A stretch of 64,000 bases of DNA from Tubiluchus corallicola (lineage: Eukaryota > Animalia > Priapulida), in the NCBI GenBank assembly GCA_030141605.1, contig JAQGDQ010000202.1, forward strand, positions 218,099 through 282,098, read 5' to 3'. A model generated the notes under the pieces. The model was not told the DNA's origin and did no database searches. It saw nothing but the letters and a program-made list of their open reading frames with translations. Of this stretch, positions 26,901-38,929 are shown one piece after another. Each line of letters begins with the position of its first letter. Position 1 is the first letter of the stretch. Position numbers and translations under genes: made by a program.

Positions 26901-29900
26901 ATATGAACCAAGTTGTGCATCTTTTTTTCTCATTGCATTGTCAATAAAATTACTATCACTATGATTAAGTTATCTGTTTTCAGCTTAACATTGCTTGCAA
27001 ACATGGCAAAAGCTCTTGCAAAATGAAATGTTGGGGTTATATTATTAAATAGGTGACGATGATGTTAATTACCTGGTTCAATTCAGCATTCTGCTTAAGT
27101 GTGAGATACCTCACATGGTAATGAGAAACCGATTTTGGCATCTTATAAAACAAAAGTTTCATATTCTCAAATAATGTGCCTTGCATCAATATTACTAATT
27201 ATTACATGGTTTGCTAATTTTTCTTGTAGGTTATAGAATATATATTGATGAAGTCCCTGAAGGACTAATACCTTCTACAAAGACTAAAGCAAAAGTGGAA
27301 GGCTTACAGCTTAATAAACGTCATAGGTATGTATATGTAAGCTTTTGCATTGCAGAGTGGTGTCTAATAATCTGATTACCGTATTTTCCCGTGTATAAGA
27401 GACCCTTTTTTGCTCAGAATTTTCACTTTAAAAATAGGGGGTCTCTTATACATGGGAGTAAGTCTTTTCAATAAGATGCATAAATTGTGACACTAATGAT
27501 TTTAAAGAAATGAGTGCTCTACAACTGTTTTGCGTGTCGCGTTCGACTATGAAGCGGTTGTAAGCAATACAAGCATCGTGACACAGGCATTATCTCCTCG
27601 TTTTCTCTTTTCCTGTTACAGGTTTGCAGGTACGCACTTTAATATATACCAGTACTCTTTTTCTACAACACATTAACTGGTTTTATTTTGTTTTCAGTAC
27701 CGCACTGAGTTGAAAAAAGTTGTACTTTACCCTCTAAAAATGTCCGTCTGAAAAAACTTTTTTCCAGAATTTTTGCCTAAAAATTGAAGGGGTCTCTTAT
27801 ACACAAGGGTCTCTTATACACGGGAAAATACGGTAATTAACTAACAGATGCTTTAATGCTTGTAAAATGTAATGATTCTCTTTTTATGAATCAGTTTCTT
27901 GTTTTCAGCATTACGGTGCGCACTGTAACCAGCTTTGGCGAATCAAAAGATTCCAATGTTGTTCACACAGACATCGTTCCATTGGTTGATGACATAGGTG
28001 ATCCATGTGTTCATCTCGAGCAAAGTTCTGGGGTTGCAACACCGACCATTGACGTCCGACTTAAAACTGCTTCTGACAATGGCAATGGCTGCAGAAATAA
28101 ATATGAACAAGTAACAACAGAGAAACCCGGACAGTTAAAGGCATCCTCTGATGAGAAAAAATTATTTCCTGATATTTATAGACAGGCAAATTCTAGTAAG
28201 ACCTGTGAAGGACAGCACAAGGACAATGTTGATAATGGTGATCCTGAAAAGGTGCCTCATGCAGATGTTGATCAGTCTTTGAGCCAGTCAAAAGAAAGTA
28301 CGGCTTCCAAATGTAGAAATGATGTAAACGAAGCAGAGCGCTGTGATCTTACTTGTGATATAAATAGTGAAACATTTATAGTTTCAAATACAATAATAGC
28401 AGGTGAGATAGGCGAAACCACAAACGTTGCTATTGAAGGTGCAATTAAATCTGCTGCTATGCAAGGTGATCGTCTTAAGGCAGAAGAACGAGAGAATGTT
28501 GAGGCGCCTCTTTGTGCGGGTAATTTTGAAAAGGTCAGTACCAGTACGGAATTTAGTCAAAATGGAATTGATTCTAAGAAGCCCAGTGTCACTACAGAAA
28601 CATTTGAAGATGTAAAGGCTACTGAAGAAATGAGAGCTAGCAATAGCATAGATAACACTTTAATGAAAGGAAAAGGAGATGATTTTGTCAAAAATGAAAG
28701 CTGTGCAGACACAGAAGAGTCTAAAATCCCAAACATTATTAGCAAAATCGTCAATACTTATAAACATGATGTGTGTGAGAAAACCTTCTTAGAAACAGAT
28801 GCACCTGCTGCTGGTGATGTTAAATCAAGTAGTGAAAATGCTTGTGAAAAAAGTGACAATTTAAGTCAAAAAGATGATGCTTTGAATGTGGAGTGTATAA
28901 GGCTTTCAGATAAAGACTCATCAGACAATGGTTGTTTTACAAATGTCTCTGTTCTGAACACAGCTGTGCCAGACGTGTCAAATAAAGAAAGCGAAATTCA
29001 TGCATTACAGGATGGTGCAGTTTCTTGTGATGCCAAATCAGGCCTTACTCATTCAAGTCATGTTTTATCTAGTCCCACCAAAAAACCCTTCTTTCCTCCT
29101 CTCTCTTTTGAATCCCATTATGGAGAGTCACTGCATTCGCCACAAAAGCTGACATTCCAAAAGGTGGTTGAGGGAGATGCTTCACCAAAACAATCACCTA
29201 CGCATACGCCATCTCCTGGGAGCCCGGTGAAGCCTGCCATCACCGTAAAGAGTAAGGTGTTGCTTACAAAAAACTTTGCTCAGGCAGACGTTAAACAGGC
29301 TGTGGAAGAAAATGGTCCTTGTTTTGAAAATGAAGATGCTGGTACACATTCACTGAGTAATACTTCTGAGGTAAAAATTGACATTTTTGTATAATTTGCA
29401 CAGTTGGACTTGTTACATTTGTTTGTTGTATTAGGACTACTACTTAATTTATCAGCTATCCCCTAGGAAAGCAGCTTTAGCTTCCAGCTTGATTTTGTCA
29501 AGTCATTTTGGAAGACATTTTCTGAGTGTTAAAGGCACCCCAAGTTATATGTGAGTGTTGTTAGTGTATTTGTTTTGTGAAAATGTTTTTCCAGATACAG
29601 CATTTGGAGATTTTTGCACATTGTATGATATAAAAGGTCATTCCAGCAGTAAGCCAGCTTTTGTTGCCATAAGTTATTATGGTGAAGTTTAAGTACATTT
29701 TTAAATTAAGTACATACATCATAAGTCTAACTGTACGTAATTAAAATTACATACAGTTAGACTTATGATTGTTAAATTTCAAATTTTAATTAATTTTGAC
29801 ATTTTGAAAAATTATCTAAGCAGCACATGTTTAGCATGTTTTTTAAATTGTTCACTTTTTAGATTGGTAGTGGAGATTATGAAGATGTCAGTACATGGCA

Positions 29901-30898
29901 GTCAGAAGGTGCCGTTGTGGCAGGTATGCATTGCAATGGCAATTTACTGATTAGTCTGAAACCAGTATCAACTGCATTTGACGTGATATTAATTCATTAA
30001 ATATTTATTGCTGCGAACATTAATTTTTTGACCACTTAGAGTTCAAGGTTGTTAGTCTTTGCTATAGATTTGCATGTTGCCAAAGCTTTCATTGTATGTT
30101 TTAATTACAATTGTTGTAAATAATTGCACTTCGAAGTTCTGACAGTAATGTATAATACACGCATATTTATTGATTGGCTGAAAATTGAGAAATATTTATT
30201 GTCTGCAGATGTTTCTGTATAAGTGCTAGTAGTATTGGAATAGTGCATTATTATTAATCCTCCAACCAAACAGTCAAACCTATAACATCTTCATTACTAT
30301 AACATTATGTATGTAGAATTATCCAGAGTAATTTATGATATAACTGCTGTATTTATGTAATTCTGCAGTTAGTTGCTAAATAAATAATCTAAAATGTAAT
30401 ACAGAGAACAGGGCCAAGATATTAATACAGTTACACTTAAAAAAGTTATTTAACCCACTTCATGAATAACGAAAAATGATAAATAATGAGTCGTGCTTTG
30501 GCATTAGTTCATTTCCTCTCACCATTAATAGGTAATGTCAAGCTATATAATTTCATTATTTGTAATATTGCTTTTAGTGAGGTAAGCGAGTTAAATGTTT
30601 TTTACAGTGTAACCGTAGTAAATATTCTGACTTGGTTGTGTTTATTATATTTCAGATTTATTTGCTCAGCAAATAACTACAGAATTACATAAATAATTAT
30701 GTAATAAATTTCTTAGGAGCATACTATGTAGCATTACAGTACTGCTATATCATTATTCAGTAGTGAAATCATTGTTTTCGAAAAGAATTTCATTTCTGGT
30801 ATTACCTGGTTATTTGCATTCGAATATTACTTTTTACAGGGGCAGTTGGTAGTAATCTTGACGGTGGCTCGACAGAGGTTAACCAAGTATCCCATTAA
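15000..30898 (+). CDS. CEP97: Centrosomal protein of 97 kDa-like (N-terminal LRRs, LRR cap, IQ motif, coiled coil, FN3 domain, long low-complexity tail)
   Basis: Phase-consistent exons 15000-15140, 16650-16752, 17082-17137, 17717-17932, 18380-18462, 19503-19586, 20067-20181, 21675-21861, 23150-23323, 23422-23562, 23825-24860, 25085-25160, 25671-25826, 25984-26191, 27230-27326, 27909-29370, 29863-29923, then 30840-30898 (or 30656-30696). Diagnostic CEP97 block NNPCV...[20 protein letters not shown]...[36 protein letters not shown] and IQ motif [16 protein letters not shown]. The start and terminal exons are less certain. Confidence 0.9.
15216..16270. mobile_element. hAT-like non-autonomous element
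   Basis: Exact 8-bp target-site duplication TTTGATAA (15208-15215 and 16271-16278), imperfect TIRs CAAGCTTGGATTGATTAC / GTAACCATTCCAAAGCCTT, subterminal ATTAC/GTAAT repeats. Confidence 0.8.
18139..18312. repeat. Long imperfect palindrome containing a hammerhead-like core
   Basis: Arms AAGTCAAAATGCCCATAAATCTCAA / TTGAGATTTATGGGCATTTTGACTT and TTCAGAGCTTTC / GAAAGCTCTGAA; centre contains CTGATGA (18228-18234) and GAAA (18249-18252). Confidence 0.85.
18463..19502 (+). other. U12-type (minor spliceosome) GT-AG intron in CEP97
   Basis: 5' splice site GTATCCTTTG matches the U12 consensus. TTTCCTTATC branch-site-like motif at 19482-19491, about 11 nt from the AG, with no polypyrimidine tract. Splicing here restores the frame NNV|GFDYRP. 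Confidence 0.9.
21006..21244. mobile_element. Tc1/mariner-derived MITE retaining the transposase C-terminus
   Basis: TIRs CAGGGTGTTTGGACAGTCACTGCGCACTTA / TAAATGCACAGTGACTTTCCAAACACTCCG with TA flanks. Internal [18 protein letters not shown] is a typical Tc1/mariner transposase end. Confidence 0.88.
22650..22960. repeat. 97-bp tandem repeat, ~3.5 copies, third copy internally deleted
   Basis: GATAGTGGAC recurs at ~22665, 22762, 22859 and 22906. Confidence 0.9.
27379..27833. mobile_element. Tc1/mariner (pogo-like) MITE
   Basis: Perfect TIRs CCGTATTTTCCCGTGTATAAGAGACCCTT / AAGGGTCTCTTATACACGGGAAAATACGG with TA duplication. Confidence 0.92.
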
Positions 30899-31673
30899 AT
30901 ATGAGTACTCTTTGCAATTGTTGCTGTGCCTCATTAAAATCGTGTAGTTTTGCTTTTAGACAATATTTGTATGCTGTGTTGCCTTGATGTTGAAGTGCAT
31001 TTTGAGAATAGACATGACACTCAAGCATGTACTTGATGCTTAGTTTTTAACGGAGTATGAATGCATTCCTGTATTAGAAAATATTTCAGGTTCTCCGTTG
31101 TATTTCACTTTTAGGTAATCATAAATATAGGTAGGTAGACAGCAGCTGATATAGTAATTGCGTGTTTTAAGCATCATTTATGCACAGTATACCTCACACA
31201 TATTTTGGGATTTGTTTATAAACAATTGATCTGAACAGAAAGTTTGATCATAATGCTTTGCTGTTCTTACCCTGCCTTGCAATTGCTCATTGTTGAAATG
31301 AAGTCAAAAAATGAAGTAAGCAAATGTTTATGTATTTACAATAGAGAAAGTAGCAGCTTCTTTACCTTTTTTATGAATGCAAATTTATATTCAAATAAGA
31401 TAAAATTGCAGAAATGCTAGTATACATATTTTTTGGTTTGTATTGTCCTAAAACATGTTTGTCATGTTCTTGTCTCTGTAGAATCTCAATACTTTAAGAT
31501 GATTGGTAAGATGATTGGAAGCAAAAGCTAACCCATGATTTTGTTTTTCGAAACATTCCATTTCTAAAAAATGTGGGCTGCTCCACTTTATGCAGTAATT
31601 GTCAGCTAATTTTATGAGCTTTTTCCCTCTGATGTCTTTTATCCTGATTTGTTTGAATCATAAGATGCATATG

Positions 31674-31787
31674 CAGTGGTGTCAACAAGAGGAACCAAGA
31701 CCGAGATTCTCCGGTATATTGACCGAGTGAGTGTAAGGGACCCTGAATTGTACTGCCCAGAGCCTGCCCTGGCTCTTGATGACACTG
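31674..31787. mobile_element. 114-bp hAT-like mini element in the CEP97 3' region
   Basis: Ends CAGTGGTGTCAACAAGAG / CTCTTGATGACACTG; flanks TGCATATG and TGTATATG (7/8 match). Confidence 0.65.
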
Positions 31788-33971
31788 TGTATATGCTTAA
31801 TAAGTGAAAATGCTAAGGATTAACAAAATCTGCTAGTGGTTAGGGCTATGGTTCAACGAATTGAACAGATTGGTAGTGCTTTTTAAAGTACATGCTTGAT
31901 TTATAAATGCATTAAATTGTTGAAGTTTACGTTGAAATTTATTGAAGACGAAATGTTTTGGTTTGCTTCAGTATTATTTTATGTGTGATAATTTTTATCA
32001 TTCCTAGCAAAGTTTTTACGTTTTTTTAATATTCTGTTTGTTGTAAAAAAAAGTTGTCCATGTTTTTTCAGCTGTTCATTGCATTGATGAACACGAGCAG
32101 TCATCCGGAATTTGATGAGCAATTTTAACTTTATAAATGTTCTTCTCCTGGGTGTGCTTTTACATGATGTTAAACAAAAACCAGGGAAATTTTTCTTTCG
32201 TATTCATATTTCATCTTTAACAAGTATTTATATAACATAAATCATCAGATTCAGATATAGTTCATTTCCATCAGAATAAGCTTCAAATTTTTAAGCATTT
32301 GTAATGTTAATGTCTATTGTTTTAAGTTGCTATCTAGTCCTAACAGTTGCATTTTTCACTACATCTAGCTTCTTTGTCATCTAGTGATAACTGTATGTAT
32401 GGTAACATAATCATAACATTATGTAGACTAGAATATTATTATTTTAAGTTCTTAACCATTCAATAGTTTGTTTAAGAATATAACTTGTTTGATATAAAAA
32501 ACTACACTGTATTATGTGTATTAATAGTTAACTTTATGTGATAATCAGATACTGGGATTGCATCTTTACATCATAGAAGAATAATCTTTATGGCACGTTC
32601 AGACATAGAGACTCTCTCTGAGAGTAAACTTGCAATGTGTGATAGTTTGGCAACTTCACTCATAACTTGTTGCAACGTGTGAACGGCTTGGCAACTTCTC
32701 TCAAACTAACTGCTATGTCTGACGTGCCATTAGACTGAGAGAGAAGAATTTAAAGCTTTCCCATAAATTTGTAATGTACAAAATGAGAAACCACTTGCCA
32801 GACAGCCTAACATAGTATAGTTTTCTGGGTCAACCAGGATCTTATTTAAACAAAGAACTGTAAGAAAGTGTGTTTTTGACAACAGTATGTGCATTTTTGG
32901 TGAAATAAATGGTCTACAGGCATGAATGTTTCAATTAAAATGGCACCCACTAAACAAAATGGTAATGGTGTGGTTTGTATTCAAAATTTATGATTTACTA
33001 CAAAGAATTACAGAACATCTGCAAAGGTTATAGCTGTAGTTACATCGAGGAGTTTAAGCACCACAGTGTTGTACGTTCCACGTCACGAATGACTTTTTAT
33101 TAATGGGTACAGTATTCACACAATGTTTTAAAACTATTACAATTTATTAGAAAATGTTTCCAGGTCTTGGTGGTTTATTAAATAAAGCTTATGCTTTGCA
33201 TTGTTACTAGCTAGAGCTTTTCTAACAAAAAGGCTGCTTATTTTTTAATAAAAGTTAGCTTACTATTTAGGGGTCCAGAATAATTCAACAGTCTAGTATG
33301 AGAAACATTTAGTTTTGTTGATACAGGAGCTTTATCAGAAAGGTGATTCAGTGTATTGTTCAGTATGAAGATTTTGAGGTTGTACATGTTTAGTAGAGAT
33401 GAATTCACAGAGAAAGCAGTCCCCACTGTTTACCTAACTTATGCAATAAATACTTATATTTTTTTTACTTGTTTTGAAAGCATAAAATTTTTCTTGTGAA
33501 ATTTTATACATAGTTTTAAAGTTTGGACATTATTTGTTACTGTAATAATTGTTGCTAGTTAAATAGGTTGTGTATTTTAGATGTCTAGACTTAAGCATAT
33601 AAATTGTGGATTTAGTTGTTTTAAGCAGTGTTATACACTAAATTACCTACATTTGAATTTATAATCACCTTTAATTTCTTAAATTTATAAAATGTCTTAC
33701 GTTAAAATCTATGATGTTGTGTGTGAAATTTCTTCATGGTATAGCTATGTATTTACATTAGCTAAAGACTTGAAAGCGAAGAAAATATCTTGCAGATATT
33801 AAATTTTCGTGCGGCTGTGTAGTGCTATTACAAAACTTGTGTGTATACTTAGCTTTAACATTCCAAGTTAAATAGATGTGTCTGCATGCTAATATACTGA
33901 TTATTCGTTTGTTTTATTTATCACTGAATGATATGCATGTTCTTGCATACATGCACAATAGTGAACGAATA

Positions 33972-34749
33972 CAGTCAACCTCGTGTATAAGGTACTCGCT
34001 TATAAGTGACCACCAACACCGGTCCCGAATTTTCGTAATGTTTTTTTATGTAAAAATACTCGTATATAAGGTAATCGGATATAAGGGACTTTCTGTGATA
34101 AGGGTCACATACATCTCGCATCACTGAAGGAGCTTCCTACATACTTCCACATTTACTGCACTAAATGTGTAGCAATAATCCATAAAAATATGGGTAAAAG
34201 TTGAAATCCTCCCGTCTCGGAAGACAGTGGAGTGTGCGTCAAAAGAGTCAGTTATTGATCACATTTATGGAGCTGCAGCGTCGACTGTGGCTGAGCAGTG
34301 AGATCCTTGAACATCTTCAGGCGCACGCCTGGGCAAGGTGTATGGAGATCCTGAGTTGCCCAACAACAGGAATCCCTCTCTTCCCCCCTGGTGAAATTCA
34401 AAGGAAAGCAGAGCGATACATTTGGCACCAAGTTGGCTGCAGGACCTGCCGGAGTCAGTGAGCATGCTGCACTGATCCGCCTTCGGGGCTCCACTCCTGA
34501 TTTGGAAGGTTTACTCCTCTACACATGGCCGTTAGCTCACTTGACTGTGTCGAGATACAGTGTGGGCATCCCGCAAGCCTACAGCACCTGGCATTCCTAG
34601 GCGGCCACCCATCCAAGTACTAACCCCACAGGTAAAAGTACAGGTCTAGATACACCCTCGGTCTGACTCAACTTCGGCTATAAGGGACATCAGATATAAG
34701 GGACGGTTGTTTCAGGTCCCGAGGTGTCCCTTATATCCGAGGTTGACTG
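33972..34749. mobile_element. Tc1/mariner (Tigger-like) MITE interrupted by a SINE
   Basis: TIRs CAGTCAACCTCGTGTATAAGG / CCTTATATCCGAGGTTGACTG, left flank TA, right flank CA, repeated TATAAGG subterminal motifs. Confidence 0.85.
34202..34630 (-). mobile_element. 5S rRNA-derived SINE (SINE3-type), 5'-truncated, with RTE-like tail
   Basis: Minus 34625-34575 reads GGTTAGTACTTGGATGGGTGGCCGCCTAGGAATGCCAGGTGCTGTAGGCTT, the 3' ~50 nt of 5S rRNA. It is followed by a GC-rich body and bracketed by an exact 9-bp duplication GGTAAAAGT (34193-34201, 34631-34639). Confidence 0.85.
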
Positions 34750-36171
34750 CAGTTAGTGAACAGCCAAAAAATGTATAATTGTGAGTTATAGTTGTTACAT
34801 AGCACCGCGTTACTAGAAAGTAACTAGGTACTATCTCCAGAATGCTCAGATTGCATAATAGTTACAAAATCACAGTACAAAATGATGAGTATTAGTGTAA
34901 CAATCCTGTACCTCAATAGTTTTTTCTAATGCACTAAATGTGAATGAAGTATTAACTCTTACTTCATACAAAGTATCAATTCCCCACTATTTTCATAAAC
35001 CTCGAAATTTTATAAAATTGATTTGCTACCAGAAATGACTACCAGATTTATACTAGTATGAAAAACATGTAGTTAAGGGAAAGTTTGTTGTAAGAAAAAA
35101 AAGCCTTCAATACAAAACAATGTAAAATTATTGAGTTGTACTCTTCATGAAAAGATCAATAATGTTTGACCTATGTAAAGTGGTCACTGTAGAAGAGGAA
35201 TAGTAGTACGTGGTTATCAAAAAGCTCTCTGTTGCATTATAAGAAAAAGATTAGTAATGCTTTGCTTATAAATGAAACACTTTATGACATTTATTTCTTA
35301 CAATTTTTAACTAAACGCAAAAAAGAACTAAAGTTTACAGTGAAAATTCAAATTTGAAACATGGGTTTTCTTTCTGGCATACAGGTACCTTCCTGTGATT
35401 GCAACTCTCGTGTTACTTCTTCCTCTTTCTTTCTGAGCTTGTTTTTTAAAAGAAAATTCTAGCATTGGCTGTACAGACTGTCACTTTTTCTGCTAAAACC
35501 TTTTTGTAACATGTTAAAGTCATGACCAACATCAGGTCTCACTTTTGAAAATTTGCTCTTTATCCAGGTTATTTTCACCAAAAAAAAAACATCAATTTCA
35601 CTAACAGTACTTTTAAAACCTTCATGTAGCTGTTTAATGCTAGCCATTGCTTTAAAACTCCTGAAAAATGTTTCTAACGTTGTTTTTCGGACAGCGTATT
35701 GCAAAAGAGGTCAAAGCAGCAATAATTAACTATGCTGTCGAACATGGGGGGAGTTTTATCAGAGGAATTCCATCTCCACGTGGGAAAGTGCCAGTATTTT
35801 GTGAGAGGCCAGCAGCGGATTTACTGCCTGTATTTGACTTACTAGGGCAAATTATTGCCGTTCTGTAAATATCGATTTCTTCATAAACCATGAGTTCAGC
35901 AAACAAAATTTCAGTGCTTAAAGCCAGAAAACAAATCGTACCTGAAATGAAACACCCGGCGTTAAATTAACAAAAGGTGTTCAAAGATCAGCATCGTTAA
36001 AATCAAAAGTCATTAGATGAGGCATCGTTAAGCGGACACTTATTGTAAGCTACAAATCTGAGACATCGAATTCACCTTAAAATATAAAAATAATTAACTT
36101 ATTCCAAGACTCCCGGAAAGCTATCAAAGTCAGAATTGCGCTAGCACTATTTTCCGCATAAGAGATAACAT

Positions 36172-36597
36172 CTAGTTTCCTAAAAATTTGCGAGCATAAA
36201 GTTGGGCTTTTCTTTCAAATGCTGCCGATTTTATCGAAGAATTTGGTTTGTAAAAAGGATTCAGTGCCTGCTTCGTATAAGTCTCATACATTTCAGTGAA
36301 GAAATTCTTGATGCCATCTTCATTTTTCACATCATGCAGCATGATGAATCTCATGCGACCGGCCGTGACAAAAGCTGAAACAAACCACTCATTAAACTTG
36401 TCAATGATTTTTAAGTACATGCTGTTTGTCACCCATACTTGTTCATCAACTAGATCAAGTGCTGCATGAGCAATGAACTGGCTCAAATGACGATGATCGT
36501 CGCGTTTGATGTCACTCTTTGTCATCGATGAATACTCCATTTCATACAGCGGATTATCATGATGTCCCACGATAACAAAATAATAGTTTCCAGCCAT
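36172..36597 (-). CDS. TRAPPC2: Trafficking protein particle complex subunit 2 (sedlin/Trs20), 141 aa, intronless
   Basis: [22 protein letters not shown]...[20 protein letters not shown]...[30 protein letters not shown]...EDGIKNFF...NPFY is unmistakably sedlin. The ATG is at 36597; the ORF-track start at 36666 is a TTG. Confidence 0.97.
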   Translation of the reverse strand: MAGNYYFVIVGHHDNPLYEMEYSSMTKSDIKRDDHRHLSQFIAHAALDLVDEQVWVTNSMYLKIIDKFNEWFVSAFVTAGRMRFIMLHDVKNEDGIKNFFTEMYETYTKQALNPFYKPNSSIKSAAFERKAQLYARKFLGN

Positions 36598-36653
36598 GAT
36601 TTGGTCACCATTTAAGTGAGCAAGGACAAATACAAACAAATGTGATCTTGCGG

Positions 36654-38929
36654 CTACTTGGTCCAACTGACTTTGGGAATGTCAAAATGTTCTGTCAGTG
36701 TATCTAAATGCGCATTAAATTCCTCCACTCGTTGTTTGTGTGATTTTTCAGCTTTTGCCAGCACTCTCTCGGTGGCCAATTTCTCCATGCGCGCAGCAAA
36801 CGCCTGCTCAGCTTTTGTTTTGGTACCGATTGAAACCTTTGTCACATCAACAGGTTCTTCTATTAAGAAAATTAAACAAAAAAATTTGTGACTTTAACAA
36901 CTGCACTAAAGTTTCAAGTTATTGTCATATATAGTGGATAAATAAAATAAAGCACAAATGGCTTTAATAAGGAAAAAAAGATGTATTGCTATTGCAAGTA
37001 CACTTAATGGCACTAATGCAGTCAATAAAAAATTATTACAAATCATTAGATGTATTCCACAGATGTTATGTGTATATTGTACAGACTTGTTATGTATTGT
37101 TTTATAAGTGACAAATCAGGTAAGAATGGTTCATTACAAGTAATTAAATGGGACTGTTACAGACGATAAAGTGAAGCATACTCTAATTTTCCTCTCTGGA
37201 AAACAGAATGTTGTAATAGGTATCTTTAAGCTTTATTTGAAAATTTGCGTTTAAAAGCTGCATTTTTATTAATGACTGCTTGTACATTGACTTGGGAAGT
37301 GGTAATAACAGAAAGGTCACAGTGTGTGCTTAGTGACCTAGTGCCAAGACTCGTCGCGAATGGGTGGGTGACCACTGGGTAGAGTATTCTTTACGTTATG
37401 GCCTCTAACTTTCCGTTTCAAAGAATTCCACTTCACAGAAATTAGAAGTAATATGGCCCTCTAACTGTTTCAAACTGGTACCCGAGTAATCACCTGCATT
37501 GTTTATTACCAAAACCCCAAGCATTATTTGTAATACGGCATCCATTGTTGGAGAATTTAAACTTTAAATGCCACCTTCCGCCCAGCGCTTGTACAGTAGG
37601 TATCTACTAACAGTCAGTGCACCAGGCCAACAGCCAGTAGGGAGATGGCAGATCAAATCATTTTTGCCGTAGGGGTGACTTACAAAGAAGAAACTATGAT
37701 TTCTTTACCAAGAGGTTAATTATCTAATTGAAGTTGTTTATTGGGTTTTAAAAACCTATTTCAGGCCAATAGCAAAGATATGCATAAATGGAGAGAATAA
37801 AGAGATTGTTGAGTTTAACAGCACATAAAAAGGATAACATAGATTATTTTATTCCCCTAAGCCATAAAAATTTGTCAAATACTTTGTAGGGAAAATACTA
37901 ACTTGTGCGACTTGCAGCTCGTGTGTTAATGCTTTCAGGGTGTAAGAAATAAATGCTTGCTGTTAACATAACAGTGTAGTTAATTAAAATACGTTAAAGT
38001 GGTTGTTTTTGTTTGAACAAGTGGTTGAATATAAATGATTACAGTTTCTTCATTGCCGTTAAATCTTAACAATCGGGTAATTGGGAAAGTCGGAGGTTGA
38101 CAAAATTTAATTTTGACAAATTAAATTTTTGCCCCAGGGCTTTTCTCACTCTGGGTGGTTGTATTTGCCATACTGATTCTGGTTGTTTACCTCAATGTTG
38201 CATTTATATCTGACTATGGTGGCGGTACCTATATCGGCTCATTGTCTTATCTTAAAGAATCGATTTGAAACGCTTGATAATGAGTTAGATTTCGGTTCTG
38301 CCACAACCAACAACATGAGGCCCGGCACTGAGTACTGGATTCTCTGATTTGCAGTGTAACAAACTGTGCATAAAATTCTTTTCAACTGAAACTATGCCTC
38401 CACCACAGTGAGGTAAATTCAGAGATCTGAATACCATCTCAACCACTTTAATCTCAGTTCACATAAATGAATAAAAAACAAATTAGTGAAAAGAAAATAA
38501 TTTTTAACTTATAAGTACATGTATGTATAACTTATACATGAAAAATAAGTATGTATAAGTGCATCTCCATTAATGAGAATTTGACACACTACAACCTTCA
38601 AAGCTTTACTTCGCATGTGTGAGAGAATTTAGGCAGGAAATTAAGTGTATTTTAATACAACACAGCCGAAAGTTACAAGTACCTGGATAAATGACTCCAC
38701 TAGGACTTAGTATGCTATCTACGACAGACTGTACATCAGAAAAGAACAAATCAATTGATAAGAGACACAAAATAGATCATCAGAACAAAAAGTTACCTTC
38801 AATTTCAGTTTTGGAAACCTGCTCCAGGTTCTTTTGTTTCTGTTTCTTTTTCTTCTTCTTCTTCACGCCACCATCGGAGACACCTTTGAGTTTCAGAGAA
38901 CCTTTTTGTACCAAGTCATAATCTGACAT
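36654..38929 (-). CDS. FAM32A: Protein FAM32A, 112 aa, two coding exons
   Basis: Exon 38929-38797 ([33 protein letters not shown]...) joins by a phase-1 GT-AG intron to exon 36859-36654 (...KTKAEQAF...[33 protein letters not shown]). The C-terminal [12 protein letters not shown] is diagnostic. GCCGCCATG start context. Confidence 0.94.
37475..38078. repeat. ~600-bp dispersed repeat, copy A (FAM32A intron)
   Basis: Collinear with 40149-40868; both are bounded by TACCCGA ... ATCGGGT. Confidence 0.85.

Noticed and set aside
34575-34625. Functional 5S rRNA gene
   Set aside because: Only the 3' ~51 nt are present, with no box A and no T-run terminator, and it is embedded in a TSD-flanked retroposon.
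36598-36666. N-terminal extension of TRAPPC2 from the ORF track, or a programmed -1 frameshift fusing FAM32A to TRAPPC2
   Set aside because: The track start is a TTG inside FAM32A and sedlin homology begins at ATG 36597. The CCCAAAG heptamer is not in the X_XXY_YYZ phase of the FAM32A frame.
37355-37390. Weak 5S box C-like motif GGGTGGGTGACCACTGGG
   Set aside because: Too short and divergent to call a second 5S-derived element.
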